Assembly (NCBI GenBank): GCA_050613775.1
Contig: JBODTK010000122.1
Coordinates: 124,001-188,000 of the forward strand
Direction of reading: 5' to 3'
DNA: 64,000 bases
Origin: Neocallimastix sp. 'constans'
Lineage: Eukaryota
In this document: one piece after another, positions 41,481 to 55,015 of the stretch
Layout: each line of letters begins with the position of its first letter
Numbering within the stretch: the first letter of the stretch is position 1
Notes under the pieces: model-generated
The model's input: only the letters and a program-made list of their open reading frames with translations
Databases searched by the model: none
What the model was told of the DNA's origin: nothing
Translations under genes and position numbers: made by a program

Positions 41481-41515
<35 letters not shown>
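41230..41515 (+). mobile_element. Young poly(A) retroposon insertion (5'-truncated LINE end or SINE), 286 bp
   Basis: GC-rich island ending in a ~32-nt poly(A), flanked by an exact 15-bp TSD TTGATAATTAAACTA (41215-41229 and 41516-41530). Confidence 0.93.
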
Positions 41516-41521
<6 letters not shown>

Positions 41522-42446
41522 ATTAAACTAAATAATTATAATTATAAATTATCATATTTATATGCATATTAATTTATAGAGAATAAATATTAAAGTACTA
41601 TATTTCTAAATAATTATAATAATTTTAAATTATGTACTTGTTAAATTTCTGTTAAAGTATCTCTAAATACAAATACACTTTAGTTTATTTTAAATAATAG
41701 ATTATTGTTATTAAATGTACACATTAATTAAAGTTCCATATTATAGTTATATACTTATTAATGAATGCTTCAAATATTATTGTTTATTGAAATTAAATAA
41801 TTTATATAGCATTTATACTATATCAGTAACTAAATAGTTAAATAAAAATTTATATTTTAATAAAAAAAAACATTTATGATCTTAATAGTATTTATATAAT
41901 GTTTTTTATTGTTATCAATCTGAATTATTTAAAATATAATTTATTACATGGAATACACTTATTATTACATTTAAATTTATCTAAAACTTAAACGTAATAA
42001 TAACGTAATATTAATTCAAAAACAAGTGGATGATATTATATTAATTATTTGGTGAAGTTTTTAATGTAACAGTACTCTATTAATGATTATAATAGAGCAA
42101 AATATAATTTTAAAGTATTCTATTTCTTGATTATACATTTTTGAAAATCTTTCTTAATTATTGAATTTTAATATATTTCTACCTATTAATGTATTTAGGT
42201 TATTGTTTCATATAATTTACATTTTTCTATAAATTTATTAAATTTTATTTTCTTAAATATAGGATAATAGTATTGATAATTGAATATTACAAAATATTAT
42301 AATGTTTAATTATATATTAAGAAATATTATTTTAACAAGCATTAATTTAATGAAGATTCGTTATTTCGTCATATTTACAAATAATCCCTTTAAACTTTTC
42401 ATCCTTTAATTTATTATAATAAAATATTATTAAAATATTTTAGAAT

Positions 42447-42484
<38 letters not shown>

Positions 42485-42866
42485 ACAGTTACTGTTTTCA
42501 ACACCCTTATTATCATCAATATCAATGTAGTAAATTTCATTGCATTGATAAAGTAGCCATAGCAGCTCTAGCACCAAGAATAGCATGAGTAGATCTAATA
42601 GAGGACATGATGTATATATATTTAATAGTATATATATATGTAATAGATATTTTTTTTTATTTGTTTAAAATATTATTATTTAGTAAGAATTCCTTCCATT
42701 TTTAGTTATCATCTACCAGAAATAATTCTTATATTTTATCTATACTTAATAAATAAAAAATGAATTGAAGAATTATACTTTCTTGAGAAAACTGGGCCTT
42801 TTTATATTTTTTGTATCTTCTTATTTTATATAAAAAAATAATAATAATTATTAAATTTTTTTTTAA

Positions 42867-42901
<35 letters not shown>

Positions 42902-43870
42902 AAAATTAATTAAAATGTTAATAAATGCCCATATAAATAATATTTTAATATATATTAAAGTATTATTTTTAATAGTATTTTAAGATAACTTAAAAAATAT
43001 GATTATTTGAAATTAATTATAAATGATCAAATGTGCCAGTTTTATATGAAATACTAACAAAACAATTTGATAATTTTAACCATAGAATTTGTTTTTGGTT
43101 TAATATATATTATCTATCAGTTTCTTTTGTGTTTTTTAAAGTTTTATATACATTTTCTATAGATTTACTTTAACTGTTTACCGTTAATAAATAATGAATA
43201 TAAATAAAAAAAAAAGTTATTGTTAAAAGATTTTTTTTTAAATTAAATGTAAACTTCTATTAAATATATTATATAATTTTTTTGTTAAAAATTTATTGAT
43301 AATATATATATATAAATTCACAAATATTTTAAATACTATTAATATTAAAAAATAAAATATAAAAACAATAAAATAATAAGTGCTTACTTATATGATCATA
43401 GTTAGGCTTAATACTCTAACTATTTTTAGATGGCTATTAATATAAATAGTAGTAAATAGCGACAATTATTATTAATAACCATAATAAGTCATAAGCTCTT
43501 TATATAAAGGTATATATTAGGTACGCTATAGAATAAATACAATCTAATGCTATAACTATAAAGATATCTAAGACTTTACAGAGTAATAACTTATATAGGA
43601 TATATAGGATAAACTACTTAAATCAAAGTGAGCATTACTAACAGAATATAGATATTGATTATATATTAAATAAATTCACAGGAACTAGTAACTATCTATA
43701 AATATATCTTAATCATAAATATGATGAATCTATAATGTTGATAAATATTCATAAATATTCATATGACCCACTCTATAACATAATAAGCTATAGATGCTAA
43801 TACTTATGTTATATTTATATCATATATATTAAATATAAATATTCAGGTGATATATGTATGATAATATATA

Positions 43871-44252
43871 TGATATGCGGGACTTTTATGTGCAATAATT
43901 TATAAGCAGTGGGTTTTTAAAATAATGGTTGTTTAGTAAATTTTATTAATAAATTATAATATTCGTACAATTAAAATAATAATTCTAATTCCTAAAATTT
44001 TACAAGAGAGTTCTCTATTTCTAATATAAATAATTTAATCTATTTATAAGAAATAGGTAATATATTAATCATATATTCTAATATATAGAACTATATAAAT
44101 TTTTTATGAATTAAAGCAATATAATTATTATAATTATAATAATACATTTTGAAATAAAATAAAATAATTATTATCAAAAAGATATAAATTTAATATTTAA
44201 TAATTAATATTAAATATACAAATATGTTACTACACATATTTGTTTTATATCA
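43871..44252 (+). mobile_element. Solo LTR with 4-bp TSD
   Basis: TGATAT...ATATCA termini with TATA on both sides; near-identical to 47084-47469. Confidence 0.88.
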
Positions 44253-44271
44253 TATATGGTTAAACCTGTAG

Positions 44272-44394
44272 TTTCATTTAGCAATATTTTTTTAAAAGTT
44301 AATAAATAAATAAATTAATAATAAAACAAATAAATAACATATGTAATTTAAATAAATTACTAAATTAATAAAAAATAAATAATTAAAACTATAA

Positions 44395-44429
<35 letters not shown>

Positions 44430-44830
44430 ATCTAAAATCAAAATTTTTTTTAAAAAAAAAATATTTATATAATAAATTTATTATTATATAAATATATAAT
44501 AATAAATACACATTAGAATTAAAGCTTTAAAAAATAAAATGTTTTATCACACGTTTTATAATTTTTCAAAATATAAATAAAACGAATAATAATATTAAAT
44601 ATATAAAAAAAAATTAAAAAAATAAATAATTTAAAAAATGTAAAGAATAATAATTTAAGATATAATTATTAAATTTAAAAAATAATATTTAAATAATTAA
44701 TTGGTCATTTTTACACCTTTTAAATTCTTGCGTAGTATTTTATAAAATCTTAAGCTTTAATAAAATTATTTTAATATTTAATAAATATTAATATATATTT
44801 TTAATAAAAGAAATATTTATAGATAATCTA

Positions 44831-44868
<38 letters not shown>

Positions 44869-45068
44869 CAATTTTTATATATAGTTATATACAAATCCTT
44901 TTTAAAATTATTTATAAATTTATTATTTATTTATCTATTTATTAAAATTTTGTGAAACTCACCTTTTCAGATCCTGAATAAGCGGAATCTGCCCATTTTC
45001 GCCCAGTACCGCAAGGATTCTCTATTTCATGAGGAAACGAAATGAAATTTTTCGAAATGCACTTCCCC
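44272..45068. mobile_element. Copy of the non-autonomous MULE-type TIR element
   Basis: Aligns with ~12690-13240 and ends in TTTTCGAAATGCACTTCCCC, the reverse complement of the 12644 terminus. Confidence 0.75.
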
Positions 45069-45569
45069 GTAGTTTATTTCATATTTCGAGTATTAATTTT
45101 ATTTTTATTTTACTTTATTTTATTTATTTATTTATATATATGTGTCTCTTGATCTTGATTTTATACATAATGGTACTATTATCAAAAAAGAAGAACTTTA
45201 ATAGGTTTGGAAGACTATACGCTAGCAATTATTGTTAGTGAATTATTTATCGATTAAACTAGTATTTATATTAGATAAATAAAGAATTGTCATAAATCAT
45301 AATCACTAGCTAAGTATTGAATTTATAAATATAATAAATATTTAAATAAACTAACCTTTTATATCAGAATAAAATAACTACTACCAACTACACAACTGAT
45401 ATATTCAAAAAAAAAGTAAATATTTAGTTTAGCTAAATATATTAGAGCTGATAATACCAATAATAGCTAGGGACTAAATATTTAACTAGTTAATCCAATG
45501 CCATAGGACCTAAATAATATTAAATAAATAACTAAATAAACTAATTAAAATAATACTAAGTATATATAT

Positions 45570-46133
45570 AAATATAGTTTTATTTTATATTTTTTATATT
45601 TTTTTTATTTTTTTTTATTTTTTATTTTATATTTTTTATTTTTATTTTTTATTTTTTATATTTTTTTTATTTTTTTTTTATTTTTTATTTTATATTTTTT
45701 ATTTTATATTTTTTATTTTTTATTTTTTATATATATATATATTTTTTTTTTATTTTTTATTTTTATTTTATATTTTATATTTTTTTTATATTTTATACTT
45801 TAAATATATATACATTTTTTTTATTTTATATTTTTATATTTTATACTTTATATTTTTTTTTTATTTTATATTTTTATATTTTATATTTTTATATTTTATA
45901 TTTTATATTTTTTTTTTATATTTTATATTTTATATTTTATATTTTTTATTTTTTTTTTTTTTTTATTTTTTATTTTTTATTTTATATTTTTTATTTTATA
46001 TTTTTATAATTCTTTTTTTTTTATTTTTTTATTATTTATTTATTTATTTATTTTATTATTTATTTATCTATTTATTAAAATTTTGCGAAATGAAACTTTT
46101 CCGAAATGAATTTTTGCGAAATGACACACACTC
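45570..46133. mobile_element. Right end of another copy of the same TIR element
   Basis: A T-rich tract followed by TTATCTATTTATTAAAATTTTGCGAAATGAAACTTTTCCGAAATGAATTTTTGCGAAATGACACACACTC, matching 14580-14650. Confidence 0.75.
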
Positions 46134-47083
46134 TTTTAATTGTATAATTATATTTTATTAATATCTTTTCCTAAAATTATAACCAAGTTAACTTTTCTAT
46201 GTTTAATAAAAATAAAAATATGAAAAATGATTATTATTAGGATTATTTTCATATAAAAATTATAGTTGAATAATATAAATATATATATTATATAAGAATA
46301 TAATATATTATAAATATTAATATAATAAATAATATCAACTATATATATTTAATTATAATAAAATAACCAAAACTATTTCATTATATTATAATATATATAA
46401 GAATTATGTATTTTTAATAAAAACTTTAAAATAAATACTAATATTTAAGTTATATATAATAATATTCTTACTATATATATTTAGAAGAAATTGACTATTT
46501 AATTTAATATACTTAATATTATAATTAATAATATTGAATAATATATTAATAAGAAATTATTTCAAATATTATTATTGACAAAATAGATATAAATTTAATA
46601 TTTAATAATTATTATTAAATATACAAATATGTTTCTATTCATATTTGTTTTATATCAATAATATATCTATAATCATACAATACTAAGTTCCATAATATCC
46701 AACATCTAAGTCTCTCTATAAGTCATAACTGCTGATTATAGTTATATTTATATTCATATATATATTGCTGCGAATTCTAATATAGTAATGAGTAATATAA
46801 CCATATATATAGCTTAGAAGGTAAATAAAGTACTGAATATTATGTCTAATACTATCAGTAATTGATTGTAGTATCTTTGTTATCGCAATATACTTATTAT
46901 CAAATCATTCGATAAAATAATAAATAAAAATATCAAAATAATAAATAAACTAAGAACATGATATATGAGGTAACAAATCATTATCAATATCATTCATTAG
47001 ATAGTTAGTAAGTATTAGATATTTAATAAGATAGCTAAGTTATAAATACCATTAAGTCTCTTGATAAGTTATGATTCTGCTGA

Positions 47084-47469
47084 TGATATGCGGGACTTTT
47101 ATGTGCAATAATTTATAAGCAGTGGGTTTTAAATAATGGTAGTTTAGTAAATTTTATTAATAAAATTATAATATTCGTACAATTAAAATAATAATTCTAA
47201 TTCCTAAAATTTTACAAGAGAGTTCTCTATTTCTAATATAAATAATCTAATCTATTTATAAGAAATAGGTATTATATTAATTATATATTCTAATATATTG
47301 AACTATATAAATTTTATATGAATTACAGTATTATAATTATTATAATTATAATAATACATATTGAAATAAAATAAAATAAAATAATTATTATCAAAAGGAT
47401 ATAAATTTAATATTTAAAAATTAATATTAAATATACAAATATGTTACTACACATATTTGTTTAATATCA
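47084..47469 (+). mobile_element. Solo LTR with 4-bp TSD
   Basis: TGATATGCGG...TAATATCA with CTGA at 47080-47083 and 47470-47473. Confidence 0.92.
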
Positions 47470-47698
47470 CTGATTATGGTTATAAATATATTTATATTGA
47501 TATATACCGCTTTGAAATAAATAAATAATATAACCTTATATTTAGACAAGTTAAAATAAATGAGCTATAACGATTGTATTAATAATGGATTATTTTGACT
47601 AAATTAAATAAAATGAAATAATATGTAAAATATTATTAAAAAAAAAGCATATTACATCAATTAATTGAATAAAATATAATAATTTTTAATAGTTTAAA

Positions 47699-48006
47699 AA
47701 ATATTAAATGAAAAATAAATAATACAATCAATAATTATTAATTAATAATTTATTCAATATTATCTATTATTAATTTTATTTCTATTTTTATTCTACTTTT
47801 TTTTTTTTTTTTTTTTTTGTATTTAATATTCTAATAAGTATATATAATTATAAATATTAAATGAAAAATAAATAATACAATCAATAATTATTAATTAATA
47901 ATTTATTCAATATTATCTATTATTAATTTTATTTCTATTTTTATTCTACTTTTTTTTTTTTTTTTTTTTTTTGTATTTAATATTCTAATAAGTATATATA
48001 ATTATA
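47699..48006. repeat. Direct tandem duplication of about 153 bp
   Basis: Two identical units differing only in poly-T length. Confidence 0.9.
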
Positions 48007-48945
48007 ATATAATTTATTTAATATGTAATTTTAATAGCATTTATTATACAGACAACTTCGTTTTATTTAATTTTTACTTTATAATATTATTCCACTATTT
48101 ATTTTATTATATCTACTAATTATTAAAAATATAATTAATTTAGTATGAAATTTAAATAAAAATATGTTTTATTCATTCATTATAACGAAATAAACATTTA
48201 TTCTAATAATTATTTTATTTTATTTAATTTGTACTTATGTATATTTCAATATTATTTTTAATATATTTTATTTATTACACAAAATATAAATTAATATTGT
48301 ACATTTTTAGATAGTAACAACCTTTTTTATTATTTATGATTATATAATTCTTTTAGTTTTATTTTAAAAATACAAAAGTAAAGCAATCATTTATTATTCA
48401 AAATAATTTTATTTTATTTTTTATATTATACAAATTTTTATAATATAATTTATTATACAAATTTTTATAATTTAATTAAAAATATTTAATTAAAAGAAAG
48501 TTTATTATATAATTTCTTTTTTTTTTTTTTTTTTTTTTAAAAAAAAAATATAAATTATTTTATTTAATAATAAAGTTAATTATACCTAAAAAAATTATTA
48601 AAAAATGAATTTTATTTAAAAAAAAAAAAAACTATTATTATTATTTAATATACTTTTAAATATTAAATAAAGTTTAAATCATTATGTTTCATATTAATTC
48701 ATATTTATATGATCTACCGTATAAAATTTATGAAAAATATTAATATTTAATGATATTTTGTATACATTATGATTAATATATTATAATATATTATATTTAC
48801 TATATATATTTTTTTATTATATATTATATACAGTTTTATGGTGTATTGTATATTTGTTAATATTAAATATTAACAAATAAAAAATCAGTAAAAAATTTTT
48901 TTTTTAAATATCATAAAACTTTTTGTGTATTTTTAATATAATTAT

Positions 48946-48989
<44 letters not shown>

Positions 48990-50249
48990 TAAAAAAAAAA
49001 TATCATTTACATTATTTTTTAACAATTTTATAACAATTCTTTAAAATTTGTACATTTTTTTTATATCAATAAGAAAATTTTATATAAAATATTCTTTTCA
49101 TAAGAAATTAATGACATGTATATTAGGAATAAAATTACTACGTTTATTTTTCCATTATATATATAATAAATAGGATTTTAAAACCTACAGTGCAAAAAAC
49201 AAGTGAATAATACTTTTTTTTTCTTTTTTAATTTTTATATGGGAGAATAAACTACATTTATCATAAAAATTATTTAAAATTTAAATAAATCATTAATCTA
49301 TACATAGATAAAAACCAAAATTGCTTATTAATATAAATTGATATATATGTATATATTTATTTCAAATAATAATAATATGAAGTTTCAAAAATTACTATTA
49401 ACGATAAAATCAAAAACTTTATTATATTTCTAATTAGTTTATGTATAATTTTTATTGGTATATTTATTTAAAATGATATTATTTTATTTTTTAAATTATA
49501 ATGGAATTCTATACTGCTATAAAAAAAATTATAAAAACAAATATAATTTTATATTATATAATACATATGACACTCTTTTAAATAATAAATAGTTTTGCCT
49601 TTTGTATAAGTATTATTGTATATCTTTGTATACCAAAAATAATATTAATATTATGATTTATATGGAGACTTTTTAACTGATTATCTTTTTTTTTTTTTAA
49701 TTAATTTTTAATTTTAAATAAAAAATTAAGTAATTTTATTCACAAAATACTTAAAAATTATTGGCCACTATTGATTTTGTACGATATCTGTTCTGATTCA
49801 TCATAAATTAATTATTTTTAACTTTAAAAATAAACAAAATTTAAACGGTTATATAAAAGAGCAAAAAATCTTTCAACTTAACATCTTTTTATATAAAATT
49901 TAAAAAAGTAGTTTATCTTTATTTATTTTAATATTTATAATAATTAAGGATAAAATATAAAAAAAAAATAAAAAAAAAAAAAAATAAAAAAAAAAAATAA
50001 AACATAAAAAAAAAAAAAAATATTAAAAAATAACAATTAAAGAAAAAAGTAAAATAAATAATAATAATAAAAAAAAAAACATCAATAATATTAATGAATA
50101 ATAATATATAATAAAACTAGTAAAATAATAATAATATTATTAAATTTAATAATAATAATAATAAAAAAATAACGCATAAATAATAGAACTAATAATCAAT
50201 AAACTAATTTAAAAATAATAATCAAACTAATTAAAAACAATTTAATAAA

Positions 50250-51738
50250 ATGAAAGCAATAATACCAATAACCTTCTTAATTACATTATTTTCTTATAGT
50301 GTTAAGGCCGTGTGGATGCCTTCACAAGGTATGACTTGGAATTATGTTTTAGGAAATGATATAGATGAGTATGTATATAAATATTTATTGTTACTTTTTT
50401 TATAATTGATATAAATAATATTAAAATATTATTAGTTCCTAATAAAAATTGATAATATTTTAATAAATATTGAATTTCAATATAATATTTTATTTATTAT
50501 TTTTATTTCTGTATTTTTCTTCTTCTTAAATTTCTCTTTTAAAATAAAATACAATGAAAATTTAAATAAATAATATTAATAAATAATATTAATAATATAG
50601 AGAAATTGAAACAGCTCAAGTAGTAGATATAGATGTTAATAAAAGTGCATCAAAAATTAAAAGATTACAAGAAAAAGGAATAAAAGTTATATGTTATTTT
50701 TCTGCTGGTACTCTTGAAACTTTTCGTGATGATGCCAAAGAAATGGAAAAAGTAAAAAATTTAGTTAGAAATACCTATGAAGCTTGGCCAGATGAAAAAT
50801 GGCTTGATATTCGTGTGGAAGGTCTTAAACCAATTCTTAAAAAACGTATGAAACTAGCAGTACAGAAAAATTGTGATGCTATTGAAGTTGATAATTTAGA
50901 TGGTTATCAAATGAAAGAAGTCAAAAGCTGGGAAAATCCATTAACTAAGGAAGATACCATAAAATTTGCTAAATGGTTATCTAAAACAGCCCATGATTTA
51001 GGCCTTTCTATTGGTTTAAAAAATGTTGCTGGATTAATAGATGAATTATCTAGTTATTTCGATTTTGCTATCAATGAGGAATGTGTAAAGTATAATGAAT
51101 GTAAACGTTATAGCAATTTCCTTAAACAAGGAAAGGCTGTTTTTGGTGTTACCTATAATGGTTTACCAGATAATCGTGATGCATTATGTAGAAATTTGGA
51201 TGGACTTGGTATCAGTATGATCATCAAGAATAAGAAAAAATTAGTTCAAGGAGGTATTACTTTCAATGGAAAGGAACATTGCAATGATAATTTTGATATC
51301 TCCGTTAATTCTTGTTTTGCTACTCACCTTGGTTATCCATGTTGTGCTGAAACCACTGATGTTATCTACACTGATGAAGATGGTGGTTGGGGTTACGAAA
51401 ATAATGGATGGTGTGGTATTGCATTTAGCAATTATTGTTTCTCAAATGAACTCGGATATCCATGCTGTTCTAAAGGTAGTGATGTAGTTATGACAGATGA
51501 AGATGGCGATTGGGGTTTTGAAAACAATAATTGGTGTGGTATTTCAATTAAAAGTACATGTTTCTCAGTTGCCCTTGGTTATCCATGTTGTATTAAAACA
51601 TCTGAAGTAGTTGTCACCGACAGTAATGGTAGTTGGGGTATTGAGAATGAACATTGGTGTGGTATACGTAAATCTAGTAAAAAGGTAACAAAAAAAGTAG
51701 TAACTACCGTCAAAAAAGTAACCACTAAAAAAAAATAA
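50250..51738 (+). CDS. GH114 endo-alpha-1,4-polygalactosaminidase-like enzyme with three fungal dockerin (CBM10-like) repeats; exons 50250-50368 and 50601-51738
   Basis: Signal peptide MKAIIP..SVKA. GH114 motifs [51 protein letters not shown]. Three repeats of CF..LGYPCC..V..TD..G.WG.EN..WCGI. GTATGT..TAG intron in phase 2. Confidence 0.93.
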
Positions 51739-52538
51739 AGTAATTTATCTTAAAAAGATAAATATTAAATAGAAGTTTTTTCCATAATGAAAAAAGAAAA
51801 AAAAAATTATTTTCACTTGTAATTTTATATAAATTAGAATATTTTTATTATAAACTTAAACTATGTATAGAAAAAATATTTAGTGAACAATTTTTTTTTT
51901 TTATATAAAGTACAAATTTATTTTCGTTTATTAAATTGTTAAATATAAATTATTAGTAAATATTATTTAAATACATATTCGCATATATCAGAGATGGTAT
52001 TATCAAAAAAAAAAAAAAAAAAAAAAATATTAAAATATTAAGAATATTATGCAGGTCGTAGTATTTAAGAATTTTAATAGTAGTTTTATAAATTAGAAAA
52101 AATAAAAGTTAAAAAAGGTAAAAGTAAAAATAGAAAATAAAATATTAAAAAAAATATATAATCATAAGAAAATAGTATTAAAAAAAAAAAAAAAAATCAC
52201 AAAGAAAAAATAAAAAAATAACAAATTACATATAAAAAAAATAACAAATACAAAATAGAAATTAAAAAAAAAAAAACTAAAAATAAATATAAAAAATTAA
52301 TAAATAAATAAAAATTTAAAAAAAAATAATATAAAATAAAAGTATAATAAAATAATAAATATAATATATATATAATTTTTTAAAAAAAAAGAAATTTTTT
52401 TAGTACTAGTAGTAAATTTTATTAATAATATTTAATTAAAAATTTAATATATATATATTTATATATTATGGATATTACAGGTTGTAGTATTTAAGAAAAT
52501 TTTTAAAGTAGTTTAATAAATTAGAAAAAAACAAAAAT

Positions 52539-52585
<47 letters not shown>

Positions 52586-52898
52586 AAATAAATAAATAAA
52601 TAAATAAAATATATATAATCATATATATGATACATAAAATAAATATATATATATGTATATATATATTTTTTAAAAAAAAAAAAAATTATAAAAATGAAAA
52701 AAAAAAAAAAATTAAAATAAATTTTTTTTTTTAAGAATAGTTAGGTAAAAATCGAAAATAAAATTTTTTTCTAAAAAATACTAATAATAAAATAAGCATA
52801 TAAATTTCAGTTTTTTTTTTTTTTTTTTTTGTTATTTATTTATTTATTTATTTATTGTTTTTTTAATTTCATTTCATTTCATTTTTTTTGTTGTCTAT

Positions 52899-52929
<31 letters not shown>

Positions 52930-53596
52930 TATTTTTATTTATTTATTTTTTATTTATTATTTTTTATTTTATTTTATTTTATTTTATTTTATTTTTATTA
53001 TTTTATTTTATTTTATTTAATTTATTTTATTTTATTTTATTTTATTTTTTTTTTATTTTTTTTATTTTATTTTTTTATTTCTTTATTTATTTTTATGTAA
53101 ATTACATATTTTTATTATTTTTTCAAAGAAATAGTAAAATTTTATTTCTATTAATTTTAAATGATTAAACTTTTAATTATTTATTTTTGGATTTAACAAT
53201 TATATTTATCTATAATCATTAAGTCCAAAAAATAAAAAAAAAAAAAAAAAAAAATAAAGAAAAAAAGAAAGAAAAAGAAAATTATATTTAATTTTATAAT
53301 TATTTTTAAATTATCTATTTTTATAGATTACTTTAACTATAAAGTCTTAGTTTATATATTTATTTATATATAATATAAAAAAAATTGAAAAAAGAAAAAA
53401 TTAAAAATAAAAAAAAAAAAAGATAATATTTTTTTTTCTTCAATTAATTTTTATTAAAATAAGAATTATAATTTTTATCCTTAATTATTCAAATATATAT
53501 ATATATTTGATTATTTTATTTAAAATAAGAATAATAATTATTTATTCTTCATTATTTTTTATTTAAAAAAAAAAAATTCTTTTTTTTTTTTTTTTT

Positions 53597-55015
53597 TTAA
53601 TTCTTTTTCTTTACAACTTTAACAACTTTAACAACCTTCTTATTTTTTGAGTTTTTAGAAGAAACCTTCTTGTTAGAATTACTCTTATTCACATTTTTTA
53701 TTGTCTTCTTTTTTGGATTAGCAACCTTCTTTGAAGAAGATTTTTTCTTATTGACAACCTTCTTTGAGGATGACTTCTTAGCTGGAACTGCTTTTTTAGA
53801 AGAAGACTTCTTAGAAGAAGATTTCTTAGAATTAGAAGATTTTTTAGAAGATTTAGATCCAGGTTTAACTGCAACACCAACAGCATTACTAAAACTACTA
53901 CCACAATGAGTTTTTCCATTAAATGTTATACCTTCTTGAACTAACTTAGAACCTTCCTTAACAATCATACTCATACCAAGACCACTTAAATTGTTACATA
54001 AATCTTTCTTATTCTTGGCTAAGCCTTTGTAAGTAACACCAAATACTGCCTTACCAGATTTAAGGAAATTATTGTAAAGATAACATTCATTATGATTGGC
54101 ACATTCTTCATTGATAGCAAAATCAAAATAATCAGCAACATCATCAATGATACCTACAACATTCTTTAAACCAATAGAAAGACCTAAAGAATGGGCAGTA
54201 CTACCTAACCATTTAGCAAACTTAATGGTATCAGCTTTAGTAATTGGATTTTTCCATTTCTTTACGATATCCATTTGATAGGCATCTAAATTATCAACTT
54301 CAATACCATCACATTTTTTGCTTGCAGCTATCTTCATACGGTTTTTAATTAAAGGTTTTAAACCTTCAACACGGAAATCGAGCCATCTTTCATCTGGCCA
54401 ATCATCATATACTCCTTTAACTAAACCTTTAACTTTCATATATTGATCATAGTCATCACGAAAGTCTTCTAAGGTACCAGCAGAGAAATAGCAAATAACT
54501 TTAATACCAGCATTATGAAGTTCTTTAATTTTTTTTGCGCTTTTATTAACATCAATATCAACAGCAGCAGCTTTTTCACGTTTACTATATATATCATTCA
54601 ATTTTTAAATATTAATATATGTACATATAAAAACAAATATGATATAATAAATAATTTTTTTTAAAAAAAAAAATATCATTTTAATATATATATATATTTT
54701 TGATATTTACAACTTATGTTTTTAATTATTTTAAAAATTAATAAAAAAAATCTTGATAACATTTAAATTTTAAAATAAAGACTTATTTTTAAAAAATATT
54801 TTAAAATAATGATTCATTTATAATAATTTTAAAATATTGTTTCATTATTATAATTAATTTAATTGATTTTTATTTAAAAATATTTATACGTACATATCAA
54901 CATCGTGACCTAAAACATAATTCCAAGTGGTCTTTGGAGCTGGTTTCCATCTTGCTTCAACATTGCTAGCAAATAATAAAGAAACCAAAGCAATAGCTGG
55001 ATATACAAATTTCAT
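53597..55015 (-). CDS. GH114 endo-alpha-1,4-polygalactosaminidase-like enzyme with a Lys/Ser-rich C-terminal tail; exons 55015-54894 and 54584-53597
   Basis: Signal peptide MKFVYP..NVEA, then RWKPAPKTTWNYVL and the same GH114 motifs ([19 protein letters not shown]). GTACGT..TAG intron at the same position and phase as in the paralogue. Confidence 0.93.

Noticed and set aside
47699..48006. 153-bp exact tandem duplication as a functional element
   Set aside because: No coding or structural signal; a recent duplication or an assembly artefact.
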